Source: Candidatus Nanopelagicaceae bacterium
GTDB taxonomy: Bacteria > Actinomycetota > Actinomycetes > Nanopelagicales > Nanopelagicaceae
Assembly: GCA_947490625.1 (NCBI GenBank)
Contig: CANLHC010000001.1
Span: forward strand, 1 to 47,310
DNA: 47,310 nucleotides
Direction of reading: 5' to 3'
The translations under genes were made by a program, and so were the position numbers. Each line of letters starts with the position of its first letter. The stretch's first letter is position 1. Below are positions 28,237-38,386 of the stretch, one piece after another. The notes below the pieces were generated by a model that saw only the letters and a program-made list of their open reading frames with translations, was not told the DNA's origin and did no database searches.

Positions 28237-28265
28237 TTGACAGAAAGGGATTACACGCGTGTAAT
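28237..28265 (+). promoter_or_regulatory. whiB promoter: TTGACA -35 and a 16-bp perfect palindrome over the spacer/-10
   Basis: TTGACA at 28237-28242; ATTACACGCGTGTAAT at 28250-28265; RBS GAGGAG at 28315-28320. Confidence 0.7.
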
Positions 28266-28328
28266 TCATACCTAGCAAGCCCGAAATCCACTCTGGAACG
28301 GGCCCTAATGTCTTGAGGAGATTAGCTC

Positions 28329-28637
28329 ATGCCAATCCGCCCAGAAGCACAATCAACTGGCAAGCCATCAGCCCCTACTGCTGGACCAACTATTCAATTA
28401 GCAAGTGGCGAGAATATTGAACTCTCGTGGCAAGAACGCGCACTCTGCGCTCAGACCGATCCCGAGGCATTCTTTCCTGAAAAGGGTGGATCAACGCGTG
28501 AAGCAAAGCGCGTCTGCCTCTCATGCGATGTTCGCCAAGAATGTCTTGAGTACGCATTGGCTCACGATGAACGCTTCGGAATTTGGGGCGGCCTCTCAGA
28601 ACGTGAACGTCGTCGTTTGAAGCGTCGCCCAGCGTAG
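28329..28637 (+). CDS. whiB: WhiB/WhmD (WhiB2-type) Fe-S transcription factor
   Basis: WQERALCAQTDPEAFFPEKGGSTREAK, four Cys, GIWGGLSERERR. Confidence 0.95.
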   Translation: MPIRPEAQSTGKPSAPTAGPTIQLASGENIELSWQERALCAQTDPEAFFPEKGGSTREAKRVCLSCDVRQECLEYALAHDERFGIWGGLSERERRRLKRRPA

Positions 28638-28640
28638 GCG

Positions 28641-31600
28641 ATGTCCATGCATCGCGTTAGCGCGATCCTTGTTGTTCATGATGGAGCAACATGGTTACCT
28701 GAAGTTGTCGCATCTCTTGCTTCACAAACCAGAGCGATTGATCAATTAATCGCAGTTGATACTGGTTCTCTCGATTCATCGGCAAAATTACTCAAAGGTG
28801 CGCGCGTACCCATCATTTCAATGCCGCGGGAAACTGGATTTGGCGCTGCCATTGCATCAGCTGTTGAAAAACTCCCTCCACGTGCTGTCAATGAATGGCT
28901 TTGGATTATTCATGATGATTGCGCACCAGCATCTGGTGCGCTCGCCGCGCTGTTGGCAGCAGTTGAAGATCGCCCGCAAGTTGTTATGGCTGGACCAAAA
29001 CTCTTAGGTTGGCATGATCGTACGCATTTACTTGAAATTGGAGTGAGCATCGCATCTAACGGTGCGCGCTGGACCGGCTTGGAAGATTCTGAATATGATC
29101 AAGGCCAGCACGATGGAATCACCGATGTACTTGCAGTCAGTACTGCCGGAGCGCTTATTCGTAGAGATGTCTTTGAAGACCTTGGTGGCTTTGACCAAAA
29201 TCTTGAACTCTTTCGAGACGATGTGGATTTTGGTTGGCGCGTACATGCTGCTGGACATAGCGTTGTCGCAGTCACCGATGCAGTTGCTTATCACGCGCAA
29301 GCGGCGGCAACAGAGCGACGTAGCGTTGATGTTGAGGGTGCTTTTTTACATCGCCCATTACTACTTGATCGCCAAAATGCTGCCTATGTCCTTTTAGCAA
29401 ATGCGACGTGGTGGCTACTTCCACTCCTAGCCCTGCAACTTTTAACTTCCGCCATCCTTCGAGCAATCGGTTATCTCTTTGCCAAACTACCTGGATACGC
29501 CGGTGATGAGCTGTTGGCGATTATCAATCTGCTGATCAAGCCGGGCGAATTAATTAAGGCGAGAAAAGATCGCAAGTCAACGCGATTAGTTTCTGCTCAA
29601 GTCGTCTCACAATTCATTCCATCTCGCGCACGTCAGCTGCGCCTTGCCCTCGAAAGATCTCGAGCAGCAGTGCGTGATCTTATTTTGAAACCAACTGAAA
29701 AAAGTAGTATTGATGAAACACTTCTTGATCTTCCTACCGAAAGCGAGCTAGAGGAAGAAGATCTCCTTGCTCCAATTGCCACCCGAAAATGGAGCACGGT
29801 TTTTCGCAAACCATTTATCGTCTCACTGCTCTTCCTTCTTGTCTTAACAGTATTGTGGTCTCGCAACCGAATTGGAGCAGTATCTGGAGGAACGCTTGCA
29901 CCTTCGCCCGAAAGTGCTCGACAATTGTGGGACTTTTACTTTGCACCATGGCATGAAGTCGGGCTTGGAAGCAAAAGTGCATCACCTCTATGGATACCTC
30001 TAATAGCACTTGGATCCCTCGTTACATTTGGCAATGTTGAAGTCTTCATCTCACTATTTTTCATTCTGACCCCGATACTGCTCTTTCTATCGATGCACCA
30101 TCTTCTCAAGAAGGTCAGCGACAATCGATTCCTCACTGCCATAGCGGCAATCCTCTACTCCATCTCGCCAGTTGCTATTTCAGCGGTGAATTCAGGAAGA
30201 ATTGGCTTGATTGTCTTGATGGTCACTGCGCCGTTTTTTGTCGAGAGAGCTTTTCAGTGGCGCACCATTGAAACTTTTTCGATTCGCGCAATGGCAGCGC
30301 TCTCTCTGGCGCTGGCATTTGTCTTCTCCTTCGCTCCAGCGTTGCTCTTAGTTCTGATTGGTTTGAGTGTGGCTGCGGTTGTAAAAGACTTTGATTCTTT
30401 TCGAATCGATCAGGATCAGAAGGTGCTCAATGCTCGACTTGCCCGGCGGGCAACTTTTATCTTTATCCCCATACTTCTGACTCTCCCGTGGAGCTTTGAA
30501 CTCATCACTTCTCCACGCGGACTACTCCTTGATATCGGATTGTTGAGTTCTGGCGGAGGACCAAATGCAGCGTTCCTAGCAAATCCAGGTGGAGCGGGAT
30601 CGTTGCCGTGGTGGCTGATTAGCCCAATAACTTTCATCTTACTTGTTGCTCTCTTCTCAGTTAATCGCGCACGACAAATTGCGGTAATTGGCGGATCGCT
30701 CATTGTTTTTGGAACGCTCTTTTCAACTTTCTCTCTAGCGGGCAAAGGCACAGGAGCATCAAGTGCTCTCTACGCAGGAGTGTTCATCGCACTTGCAACT
30801 CTTGCTGCAACTTATGCAGCGGTGGTTATCTTGGATAGCGTCAGAGAAAGATTAATCAGTAGCCATCTGAATTATCGTCACTTAGCCGCTTCTGGTCTTG
30901 TGGTTGCATCGATTGCATATGGGCTCGGAGCATCGACATGGATTGTGTCTCAAGCGTCACAGGCTCCACTTCAATCCGCCCAAGGAGAAGTCCTCCCACC
31001 ATTTCTTGCAATAGAGAGTCAAACAAAAACACTGGTGATCCGAGAGCGAGTAATTGATTCAGTACCTTCATTGAATTATTACATTGCACGAGGTGGGGAT
31101 GTCTCTCTTGGTGAAGCTGATGTAGTCCCGCGCGAAGTTCCAGAAATTGAACTTGCTGTCACAGGACTCGCTGATGGAAGCGGAATTACTAGCAGTAAAG
31201 TATTGGGAAGTTTTGGTATCACATATGTATTTCTTAAAGCTCCTTCTCAAGGCACTCTGGTGCAGACCATTGATGGACTTGGTGGGTTTATTCGCGCATC
31301 CTCCACTGATGCAGGCATCGTCTGGAAAGTTGCAGGGGCTACCGGAAATCTAGTCTTAACTGATGTAAGCGGAAAATCAGTCCAACTAAAACCAACTGAT
31401 ACTCCAGATGAATATCTAGTTCCAGGTCCTGGTGTCGTCACTCTGACACAGAGTTACAGTCGTGGTTGGTACTTGGTTCAAGATGGAAAGCGACTCACTC
31501 GAATCCAAAGCGAACTCTCGCTGCCCCAATTTTCGGTAGAGGCAGCTGGTCCGGTCCTACTTATCTATGACGGTTCTGTGCGAAGAGGGTGGATCTCACT

Positions 31601-31688
31601 TCACTTCATCATTCTTCTCACGGCGTTGATTTTTGCCGCCCCTAGCGGTCGTCGTAAGCGCGAAATCTCTGATCGGGAAATCGCATGA
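28641..31688 (+). CDS. Large GT2 glycosyltransferase fused to a multi-TM membrane domain
   Basis: N-terminal GT-A (VVHDG, WIIHDD, DDVDFGWR), more than 10 hydrophobic segments, extracytoplasmic domain, final TM helix. Confidence 0.85.
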   Translation: MSMHRVSAILVVHDGATWLPEVVASLASQTRAIDQLIAVDTGSLDSSAKLLKGARVPIISMPRETGFGAAIASAVEKLPPRAVNEWLWIIHDDCAPASGALAALLAAVEDRPQVVMAGPKLLGWHDRTHLLEIGVSIASNGARWTGLEDSEYDQGQHDGITDVLAVSTAGALIRRDVFEDLGGFDQNLELFRDDVDFGWRVHAAGHSVVAVTDAVAYHAQAAATERRSVDVEGAFLHRPLLLDRQNAAYVLLANATWWLLPLLALQLLTSAILRAIGYLFAKLPGYAGDELLAIINLLIKPGELIKARKDRKSTRLVSAQVVSQFIPSRARQLRLALERSRAAVRDLILKPTEKSSIDETLLDLPTESELEEEDLLAPIATRKWSTVFRKPFIVSLLFLLVLTVLWSRNRIGAVSGGTLAPSPESARQLWDFYFAPWHEVGLGSKSASPLWIPLIALGSLVTFGNVEVFISLFFILTPILLFLSMHHLLKKVSDNRFLTAIAAILYSISPVAISAVNSGRIGLIVLMVTAPFFVERAFQWRTIETFSIRAMAALSLALAFVFSFAPALLLVLIGLSVAAVVKDFDSFRIDQDQKVLNARLARRATFIFIPILLTLPWSFELITSPRGLLLDIGLLSSGGGPNAAFLANPGGAGSLPWWLISPITFILLVALFSVNRARQIAVIGGSLIVFGTLFSTFSLAGKGTGASSALYAGVFIALATLAATYAAVVILDSVRERLISSHLNYRHLAASGLVVASIAYGLGASTWIVSQASQAPLQSAQGEVLPPFLAIESQTKTLVIRERVIDSVPSLNYYIARGGDVSLGEADVVPREVPEIELAVTGLADGSGITSSKVLGSFGITYVFLKAPSQGTLVQTIDGLGGFIRASSTDAGIVWKVAGATGNLVLTDVSGKSVQLKPTDTPDEYLVPGPGVVTLTQSYSRGWYLVQDGKRLTRIQSELSLPQFSVEAAGPVLLIYDGSVRRGWISLHFIILLTALIFAAPSGRRKREISDREIA

Positions 31689-32986
31689 GGTTCAAGCGTC
31701 CAGTAGTGATTGCATCAATTGCCGCAATGACCTTGATTTTGAGTAACTTCACGCAGGGTTCTGTGAGTAGAACAGATTTTTCCGAGAGTTACCCTCCTGT
31801 TGTCTGTCCAGCAACTCCCTCTGGTGAAACTAGCGCCGTCTCTCTGCCTTCCACTCAGACAGGTGTACGCGTTCTAGGCAAGAGGACCAATGCGTTTAAG
31901 CCCGCACGTACATTGCGGCTGCAACAGGGGAGTAGCCCCACAATTATTGATACAAAGAATATGACGTCACCAGTGTGGCAAATCAAGAGAGGCGTCTGGG
32001 CTGGAGCAACCATCTGCTCTGCACCTTCAATTTCACAATGGTTTGTCGGTGGTAATGCAGATGTCAGCAGCAAGGGCAAGCTCTTGCTCATCAATAGCGG
32101 TTTAAGTGATGCAATTGTAGATGTTGGTATTTGGAGTGAATCAGGAATACGTCCGCCTCGCGTGATTACCCTCAAAGCAAATTCATCAATTGTTCAAACG
32201 CTGGCCTCTCTTGATCCAGGTTCTAAAAATCTGGCGATACACGTAAGCCCTCGATCAGGTCGCGTCAATGCATTTATGATTGATGAAAGAGGTCGTGGAC
32301 TTCGCGCACTCGGAGGAGATGTTGTTAACGCAACTACCGATCCGAGTAATGTGATTGTCATCCCCGCAATTCCTCAGATGACACGATCTGGAAAGTCACT
32401 TGGTCACAGACTTCGACTCTTAACTCCTGGTGATCTCCCTGCTCAAATTTCAGTGGAATTGATCTCTGCCAAAGGCTCATTTATTCCAGTTGGATTCGAT
32501 GATCGAACGATTCAGGCAGGAATCGTGACTGAAGTAGATCTCAATCCCACATTATCTCCTGGCACTTTTGCCCTCAAAATCTCATCTGATAGGCCGATCG
32601 TTGCCTCCGTTTACTCTTCCACCTTCTCTCAAGGAAAAACCGATTTTGTGTGGAGTACGGCAACAGATCCCATAACCGAGTACTCGTTGGCGGTAAGTGG
32701 AATAGCACCTCTGCTCACCTTCACGGGGGAGAAGATCGCTATTTCATTGACCGTGCGCTTTACAAATAAGAAAGAGAAGAATTATGAAATTGAAGGCGAT
32801 TCATTAGCAACGTTGCGAGTTCCCGACAATGCGCGAACGGTTATCTTCAACAAAGTCTCACCTAATACCTATGGCGGAGCACTCATTGCCACTCAAAGTG
32901 GCTATGGCTTCTTCCCGTTGATATCGGGAAGTCAACTCACTCGCGTCCTACTTCCCAGCCCAAATATTCGTGTCTTAAATCCTTAG
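31685..32986 (+). CDS. Secreted/membrane-anchored DUF5719-like protein
   Basis: N-terminal hydrophobic segment, VVCP, C....QWFVGG, LLLIN; 4-nt overlap with the GT gene. Confidence 0.7.
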   Translation: MRFKRPVVIASIAAMTLILSNFTQGSVSRTDFSESYPPVVCPATPSGETSAVSLPSTQTGVRVLGKRTNAFKPARTLRLQQGSSPTIIDTKNMTSPVWQIKRGVWAGATICSAPSISQWFVGGNADVSSKGKLLLINSGLSDAIVDVGIWSESGIRPPRVITLKANSSIVQTLASLDPGSKNLAIHVSPRSGRVNAFMIDERGRGLRALGGDVVNATTDPSNVIVIPAIPQMTRSGKSLGHRLRLLTPGDLPAQISVELISAKGSFIPVGFDDRTIQAGIVTEVDLNPTLSPGTFALKISSDRPIVASVYSSTFSQGKTDFVWSTATDPITEYSLAVSGIAPLLTFTGEKIAISLTVRFTNKKEKNYEIEGDSLATLRVPDNARTVIFNKVSPNTYGGALIATQSGYGFFPLISGSQLTRVLLPSPNIRVLNP

Positions 32987-33014
32987 TGCTACCTCACTCG
33001 ACTAATCTTTACCT

Positions 33015-33392
33015 ATGTCATCAGCGAAGAGATCAGGCAGAGGGTGCTCTCGTGCAACCTGCCGTGCAATGGCAACTATGACGCTGACCTATATTTATTC
33101 AGAATCAACTGCTGTTCTTGGAACCCTCGCAACTTTTGCCGAGCCTCATGCTTACGACCTCTGCGAATTTCATGCCCGTAAATTAACGGTTCCTAATGGC
33201 TGGAGCGTTATTAAGGAAGAGATTTCTCAATCTGGATCGGGCCCAACTGAAGATGACCTCATGGCGATTGCAGATGCTGTTCGTGAAGCAGCCGCATCTC
33301 TTCCGGCAAGTAGCGCAGATCTCACTGAGCGCATTCATCACTCTGCACACATTGGTGCACGTCGTGGCCATTTGCGCGCTGTTCCGAATTAG
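33015..33392 (+). CDS. DUF3499 family protein
   Basis: CSRATC, TLTYIY, EPHAYDLC..HA..LTVPNGW, DDLMAIADAVREA, RRGHLRAV. Confidence 0.9.
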   Translation: MSSAKRSGRGCSRATCRAMATMTLTYIYSESTAVLGTLATFAEPHAYDLCEFHARKLTVPNGWSVIKEEISQSGSGPTEDDLMAIADAVREAAASLPASSADLTERIHHSAHIGARRGHLRAVPN

Positions 33393-33403
33393 TACACACG
33401 CTT

Positions 33404-34753
33404 ATGTCAATTTTTAAAGCCTACGATATTCGCGGGCTTGTAGATGAAGAGATTACCCCTGACTTTTGTTTCGCTACAGGTGTTGCGCTGGCACGATTTC
33501 TCAAAGGAGAACGTGAGCCAGGTACTGTCGTTATTGGTGAGGATATGCGTCCGTCATCTCCAATTTTCGCTACAGCCTTTTCTGCAGGTATCACTTCACA
33601 GGGTTTAGATGTCATCCGAATAGGCCTTGCGTCCACGGATATGCTTTATTTCGCATCAGGTAAATTAAATATGCCTGGTGCAATGTTTACCGCAAGTCAT
33701 AATCCAGCTGAATACAACGGAATCAAGTTGTGTCTCAGTGGTGCGCGACCTATTGGGCGCGAATCAGGCCTTTTAACGATTGAGAAATTTCTTAATGAGG
33801 GTTCACCTCTTGGATTAGGTGCAATCGGTGTCGAAAAAGAACAGAACCTACTAGATAGCTACGTGGACCATCTCTTCACACTTGTCGATCTTAGTGAGAT
33901 GCGCCAGATAAAAGTTGTTATTGATGCAGGAAATGGCATGGCAGGGTTCACCGCGCCGGCCGTCTTTAAGCGACTTAATGCAGAAGTTGTAGAGATGTAC
34001 TTTGAACTTGATGGAACTTTTCCGAACCACGAGGCTAACCCGATCGATCCTAAGAATTTAAAGGATCTCGCTGTTGCGGTAAAGAAGAATAAAGCAGATA
34101 TCGGTTTAGCCTTTGATGGAGATGCAGATCGTTGCTTCCTGGTCGATGAAAAAGGTGAACTGGTAAACCCTTCAGCCTTGACCGCTCTGATAGCAGATCG
34201 AGAGCTAGCTAAGAACCCTGGTGCGAGCATTATCTATAACCTCATCTCTTCGCGTAGTGTCAAAGAAGTGATTGAAGAAAATGGCGGAACTGCTGTGAGA
34301 TCTCGTGTGGGCCACTCTTACATTAAGAAACTCATGGCGGAGACGGGTGCAGTATTTGGTGGAGAGCACTCTGGCCATTTTTACTTTAAAGATTTTTGGC
34401 GAGCAGATTCTGGAATGTTGGCCGCTCTTCATGCACTAGCTGCACTATCTCAGTCGAAGCAGAAGTTGAGTGAGTTGCTGCAGAGTTACAATCGCTATGT
34501 ATCTAGTGGTGAGATTAACTCTGTTGTTGATGATGCCGTCACTGTTATGTCGGCAATAGAATCTCACTTTGCCCCTATGAGTGGAATCACCATAGATCAC
34601 CTTGATGGCCTCACCGTTGAAAGCGCTGATTGGTGGTTTAACGTAAGGGCCTCAAACACTGAACCTCTACTGCGGCTCAACGTTGAAGCGACCACGCAAA
34701 CCCTCATGGATAAAATTCGCCTGCAGGCACTGGCTCTCATAGGTGGCAAGTAG
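33404..34753 (+). CDS. Phosphomannomutase/phosphoglucomutase
   Basis: FKAYDIRG, TASHNP, FDGDADR, GGEHSGH, RASNTEP. Confidence 0.95.
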   Translation: MSIFKAYDIRGLVDEEITPDFCFATGVALARFLKGEREPGTVVIGEDMRPSSPIFATAFSAGITSQGLDVIRIGLASTDMLYFASGKLNMPGAMFTASHNPAEYNGIKLCLSGARPIGRESGLLTIEKFLNEGSPLGLGAIGVEKEQNLLDSYVDHLFTLVDLSEMRQIKVVIDAGNGMAGFTAPAVFKRLNAEVVEMYFELDGTFPNHEANPIDPKNLKDLAVAVKKNKADIGLAFDGDADRCFLVDEKGELVNPSALTALIADRELAKNPGASIIYNLISSRSVKEVIEENGGTAVRSRVGHSYIKKLMAETGAVFGGEHSGHFYFKDFWRADSGMLAALHALAALSQSKQKLSELLQSYNRYVSSGEINSVVDDAVTVMSAIESHFAPMSGITIDHLDGLTVESADWWFNVRASNTEPLLRLNVEATTQTLMDKIRLQALALIGGK

Positions 34754-34761
34754 CCACCTTT
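34741..34761 (+). terminator. Hairpin at the pmm stop, possible intrinsic terminator
   Basis: AGGTGGC-AAGTA-GCCACCT (7-bp stem) followed by only a short T run. Confidence 0.4.
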
Positions 34762-34851
34762 GCCAGTAATCTTGGCATACAGCAACCTAGCAAGTAGAGC
34801 CCTACGCCTTAGGTAAGCACTTAATCACCTACCGTGTAGAGGAGAATAGTT

Positions 34852-36132
34852 ATGACTACTACAGAAACAACACCCAAGCATGACATTGCAGATGCATCCC
34901 TAGCAGCAGAAGGTCGCAAACGCATTGAATGGGCCGAGCGCAACATGCCGGTACTAGCTCAGATCAGAGAGCGTTTTGAAAAATCACAGCCATTTGCTGG
35001 CGTTCGCATTTCAGCATGTATGCATGTCACCACTGAAACAGCTAACTTGATGCGCGTTCTCAAGGCGGGCGGTGCAGAGATTGCACTCTGTGCATCAAAT
35101 CCACTGTCAACTCAGGATGACACCGCTGCTGCGCTTGTGCACGAATACGGTATTTCAGTATTTGCTCGCAATGCAGTTGATCGCGATGGTTACTACTCAC
35201 ATATCAATGCAGCTCTTGATATCGAACCACACCAGGTTTTTGATGATGGATGCGACCTTGTTAACACTTTACACACCACACGTCGTGAGCTTCTTCCAAC
35301 AATTACCGGAGGATGCGAAGAGACCACAACTGGAGTGATTCGCCTCAATCAGATGGCTAAAGATGGCGCGCTGACTTTCCCAATGATCGCCGTGAACGAC
35401 ACAGATACAAAGCATATGTTTGATAATCGTTATGGAACAGGTCAATCAACACTCGATGCCGTCTTCCGTGCCACAAACTTCTTGCTCGCAGGGCGAGTAG
35501 TTGTTGTTGCTGGATTTGGATACTGCGGTAAAGGCGTAGCAGAGCGTGCCAAAGGAATGGGCGCTGATGTCGTCGTAACCGAAATTGATCCAACCAAGGC
35601 ACTCGATGCCATGATGCAAGGCTTCCGCGTATTGCCGATGCTAGATGCTGCAAAAATCGGTGATGTCTTCATTACAGTTACAGGTAACCGTGACGTTCTT
35701 CGTGACGAACACTTCGCAGTTATGAAGGATGGAGCCATCATGGCTAACTCAGGTCACTTTGATATCGAAATCGATGTCGCTTGGCTAGAGCAGAATTCAA
35801 AGAAGAAGAATGCAAAGATGCGTCATCAGACTGATGAATATGTCCTTGCAGATGGGCGTCGCCTTCTCCTTCTTGCAGAAGGTCGCCTTGTAAACCTTGG
35901 TGCGGCAGAAGGCCATCCAGCTTCAGTAATGGATATGTCATTCTCTGATCAGGCTCTTACCGCTGAATACCTCGTTAAGGAAGCAAAGAACCTTAAGGCT
36001 GGCGTTCACATGGTTCCGGAATACATTGATAAAGAAGTTGCGTCACTCAAGCTCATCAGTATGGGTGGTCGTATTGATGTTCTTACTCCTGCTCAAGATA
36101 TGTACTTGAACTCTTGGGAGCACGGTAGCTAA
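34852..36132 (+). CDS. ahcY: Adenosylhomocysteinase (short type)
   Basis: [48 protein letters not shown]; AGGAG RBS. Confidence 0.96.
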   Translation: MTTTETTPKHDIADASLAAEGRKRIEWAERNMPVLAQIRERFEKSQPFAGVRISACMHVTTETANLMRVLKAGGAEIALCASNPLSTQDDTAAALVHEYGISVFARNAVDRDGYYSHINAALDIEPHQVFDDGCDLVNTLHTTRRELLPTITGGCEETTTGVIRLNQMAKDGALTFPMIAVNDTDTKHMFDNRYGTGQSTLDAVFRATNFLLAGRVVVVAGFGYCGKGVAERAKGMGADVVVTEIDPTKALDAMMQGFRVLPMLDAAKIGDVFITVTGNRDVLRDEHFAVMKDGAIMANSGHFDIEIDVAWLEQNSKKKNAKMRHQTDEYVLADGRRLLLLAEGRLVNLGAAEGHPASVMDMSFSDQALTAEYLVKEAKNLKAGVHMVPEYIDKEVASLKLISMGGRIDVLTPAQDMYLNSWEHGS

Positions 36133-36818
36133 TGACCTTAGTCATGGTCGTCGATGACGACCAGGATCTTGCGGAGATGCTCGGCATCGTTTTAACAGGT
36201 GCCGGCATCGACGTAGATCTCGTCAGTCGCGGGGACGAAGTCATGGATGTGTTTAGAAACAATCCACCTGATCTCGTACTCCTCGATGTGATGTTGCCAG
36301 GACTAGATGGAGTTGAAGTATGTAAGTTAATTCGTGCCGAGTCGATGGTTCCAATCGTCATGCTCAGCGCTAAAGGTGACACTCAAGATATTGTCGCTGG
36401 ACTTGAGGCTGGAGCCGATGATTACATGGTGAAACCTTTTAAACATCCTACAGAATTAATCGCCCGTATACGTACACGGTTGCGCCGAACAAATGCTGAT
36501 CAAAAAGGTTTACTCGCAATCGGTGATTTGATCATTGATGTGACTGCGCACGAGGTCAAGCGGGGGAGTAAAGGTATTGCGCTTACTCGCCTTGAATTTG
36601 ATCTTCTTGTAGCTCTTGCAAAAGAGCCGGGCAGAGTTTTTACACGAGATTCCCTGTTGAGTGAAGTGTGGGGATATCGTCATTCGACAGATACACGTTT
36701 AGTAAACGTACATGTGCAGCGACTTCGCTCGAAGGTAGAACACGATCCGGAAAGCCCAAAGATAGTAACGACGGTGCGAGGGGTCGGATATAAAGCTGGA
36801 GCCACGGAAGAATCCTGA
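36132..36818 (+). CDS. mtrA: OmpR-family response regulator MtrA
   Basis: LAEMLGIVL, LLDVMLPG, EVWGYRH..DTRLVNVHVQRLRSKVE. Confidence 0.93.
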   Translation: MTLVMVVDDDQDLAEMLGIVLTGAGIDVDLVSRGDEVMDVFRNNPPDLVLLDVMLPGLDGVEVCKLIRAESMVPIVMLSAKGDTQDIVAGLEAGADDYMVKPFKHPTELIARIRTRLRRTNADQKGLLAIGDLIIDVTAHEVKRGSKGIALTRLEFDLLVALAKEPGRVFTRDSLLSEVWGYRHSTDTRLVNVHVQRLRSKVEHDPESPKIVTTVRGVGYKAGATEES

Positions 36819-38386
36819 TGGGCTTTCAACGTTCGCCTTTTGCTCAATCTTTGGCTGCAAAAGTCATTCTCTCAACAGTACTTCTCTCGCTAGGTGTTGT
36901 ATGGCTAACGGGATCAGCCCTCTACTCCCAACTCTCAGATGGCATAGAGAAGGTAACCCTGGAAACCTCTCTCTCTGATGCTCGATCTATTTTTTATAAC
37001 GCTCGTTACCAATTGTTGTTAGTTAATGGAGAGCCAAATGAAGTCGTAAAAGAGAGTGTCGATGAGATTATTACGACATCAATTTCATTCGGTGCGATCG
37101 AAAGTTCCCGTGAACTTATTTTGATAAAAGTGTTTAATAAGAGCGAAGTCCAAAGCAATTCACTAAGGCCTGATTATAGTTTCGCCACAAATGCTCTATC
37201 GGCTTCAACAATTCCTCTAAATTTAAGGGATGAGATTTCTGATTCTGCCGAACTCGCCTATCAATTCGCCCCTCTGACCTACAGTAACGGTACAACGATT
37301 GATTCCCTCTTTGTCGGTCAGCGCCTGACAATCCCGACATCTGGCCAGTACGAAATGTATTTAGTTTTTACCCTAGCCAATCAACGCGCAACCCTAGATC
37401 TGGTCCAGAATTCATTGTTTTTAACTGGAATTGTTCTATTGCTACTTATCGGATTAATTACCTATCTAGTTGTGAGACAAGTGGTGAGACCAGTTCGAGA
37501 AGCCGCTCGCGTAGCAAGCCTTTTTACAAACGGTGATTTCACTCAGCGGCTACGAGTTAAAAACAGTGACGAGATCGCGATATTAGGAAATGCCTTTAAT
37601 GACATGGCGGCATCTCTTGAAGGGCAGATTGGACGTCTTGAGAATCTTTCAAAGGTGCAACAACGCTTTGTTTCAGATGTTTCTCATGAGCTTCGCACGC
37701 CTTTAACAACCCTGCGGATGGCATCTGATGTCATCTATGCCCAACGAGACGAATTTGATCCCGTGATTGCTCGAAGTGCAGAACTGCTTATCGCGCAGAT
37801 CGATCGCTTCGAAAAGCTTTTACAGGAGCTTTTAGAGGTGAGTCGATTTGATGCAGAAGTTGCTGTTCTTGAACCTACCGATTTTGAGCTTACTGCCTTA
37901 GTTCGTAGGTGTATCGCAGATCTTGGTGTGAATATAGAGGCGGCTGATTCACAAATCACTTTTGAGGCTCCCAATTACCCGGTCCATATTCGTGCTGACT
38001 TCCGGCGAGTGGAGCGAATTATGCGAAACCTGATCTCAAATGCGCTCGATCATTCGGATGGAAAACCGATAGAGATTGAATGTGTTGAAACTGCCACTGA
38101 AGTTGCAGTAAGCGTAAGAGATCATGGGGAGGGGATGGAGGCTGCTTCACTTACTCGCGTCTTTGACCGATTCTGGCGCGCTGATCCATCACGAGCACGA
38201 ACGCGCGGAGGTACTGGCCTTGGTCTATCGATCGCGCTAGAAGATGCCCGACTTCACAATGGTGAGCTTGATGCTTGGGGGGCACTAGGCGATGGTGCAA
38301 ATTTTGTCTTAACTCTTCCGCGTATTGCAGGGAATCAGATTGTGGCGCGCCCACTTCCAGTCAATCCACATCGGAGAGATGTTTAG
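36818..38386 (+). CDS. mtrB: Sensor histidine kinase MtrB
   Basis: Two TM helices, HAMP, SDVSHELRTPLTT, RFWRADPSRAR..GGTGLGLSIA.EDA.LH. Confidence 0.92.
   Translation: MGFQRSPFAQSLAAKVILSTVLLSLGVVWLTGSALYSQLSDGIEKVTLETSLSDARSIFYNARYQLLLVNGEPNEVVKESVDEIITTSISFGAIESSRELILIKVFNKSEVQSNSLRPDYSFATNALSASTIPLNLRDEISDSAELAYQFAPLTYSNGTTIDSLFVGQRLTIPTSGQYEMYLVFTLANQRATLDLVQNSLFLTGIVLLLLIGLITYLVVRQVVRPVREAARVASLFTNGDFTQRLRVKNSDEIAILGNAFNDMAASLEGQIGRLENLSKVQQRFVSDVSHELRTPLTTLRMASDVIYAQRDEFDPVIARSAELLIAQIDRFEKLLQELLEVSRFDAEVAVLEPTDFELTALVRRCIADLGVNIEAADSQITFEAPNYPVHIRADFRRVERIMRNLISNALDHSDGKPIEIECVETATEVAVSVRDHGEGMEAASLTRVFDRFWRADPSRARTRGGTGLGLSIALEDARLHNGELDAWGALGDGANFVLTLPRIAGNQIVARPLPVNPHRRDV

Noticed and set aside
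34754-34851. Canonical SAH or SAM riboswitch call
   Set aside because: Conserved cores (e.g. GAGGAGCGCUGC of the SAH class) are not visible; kept only as an unassigned structured leader.
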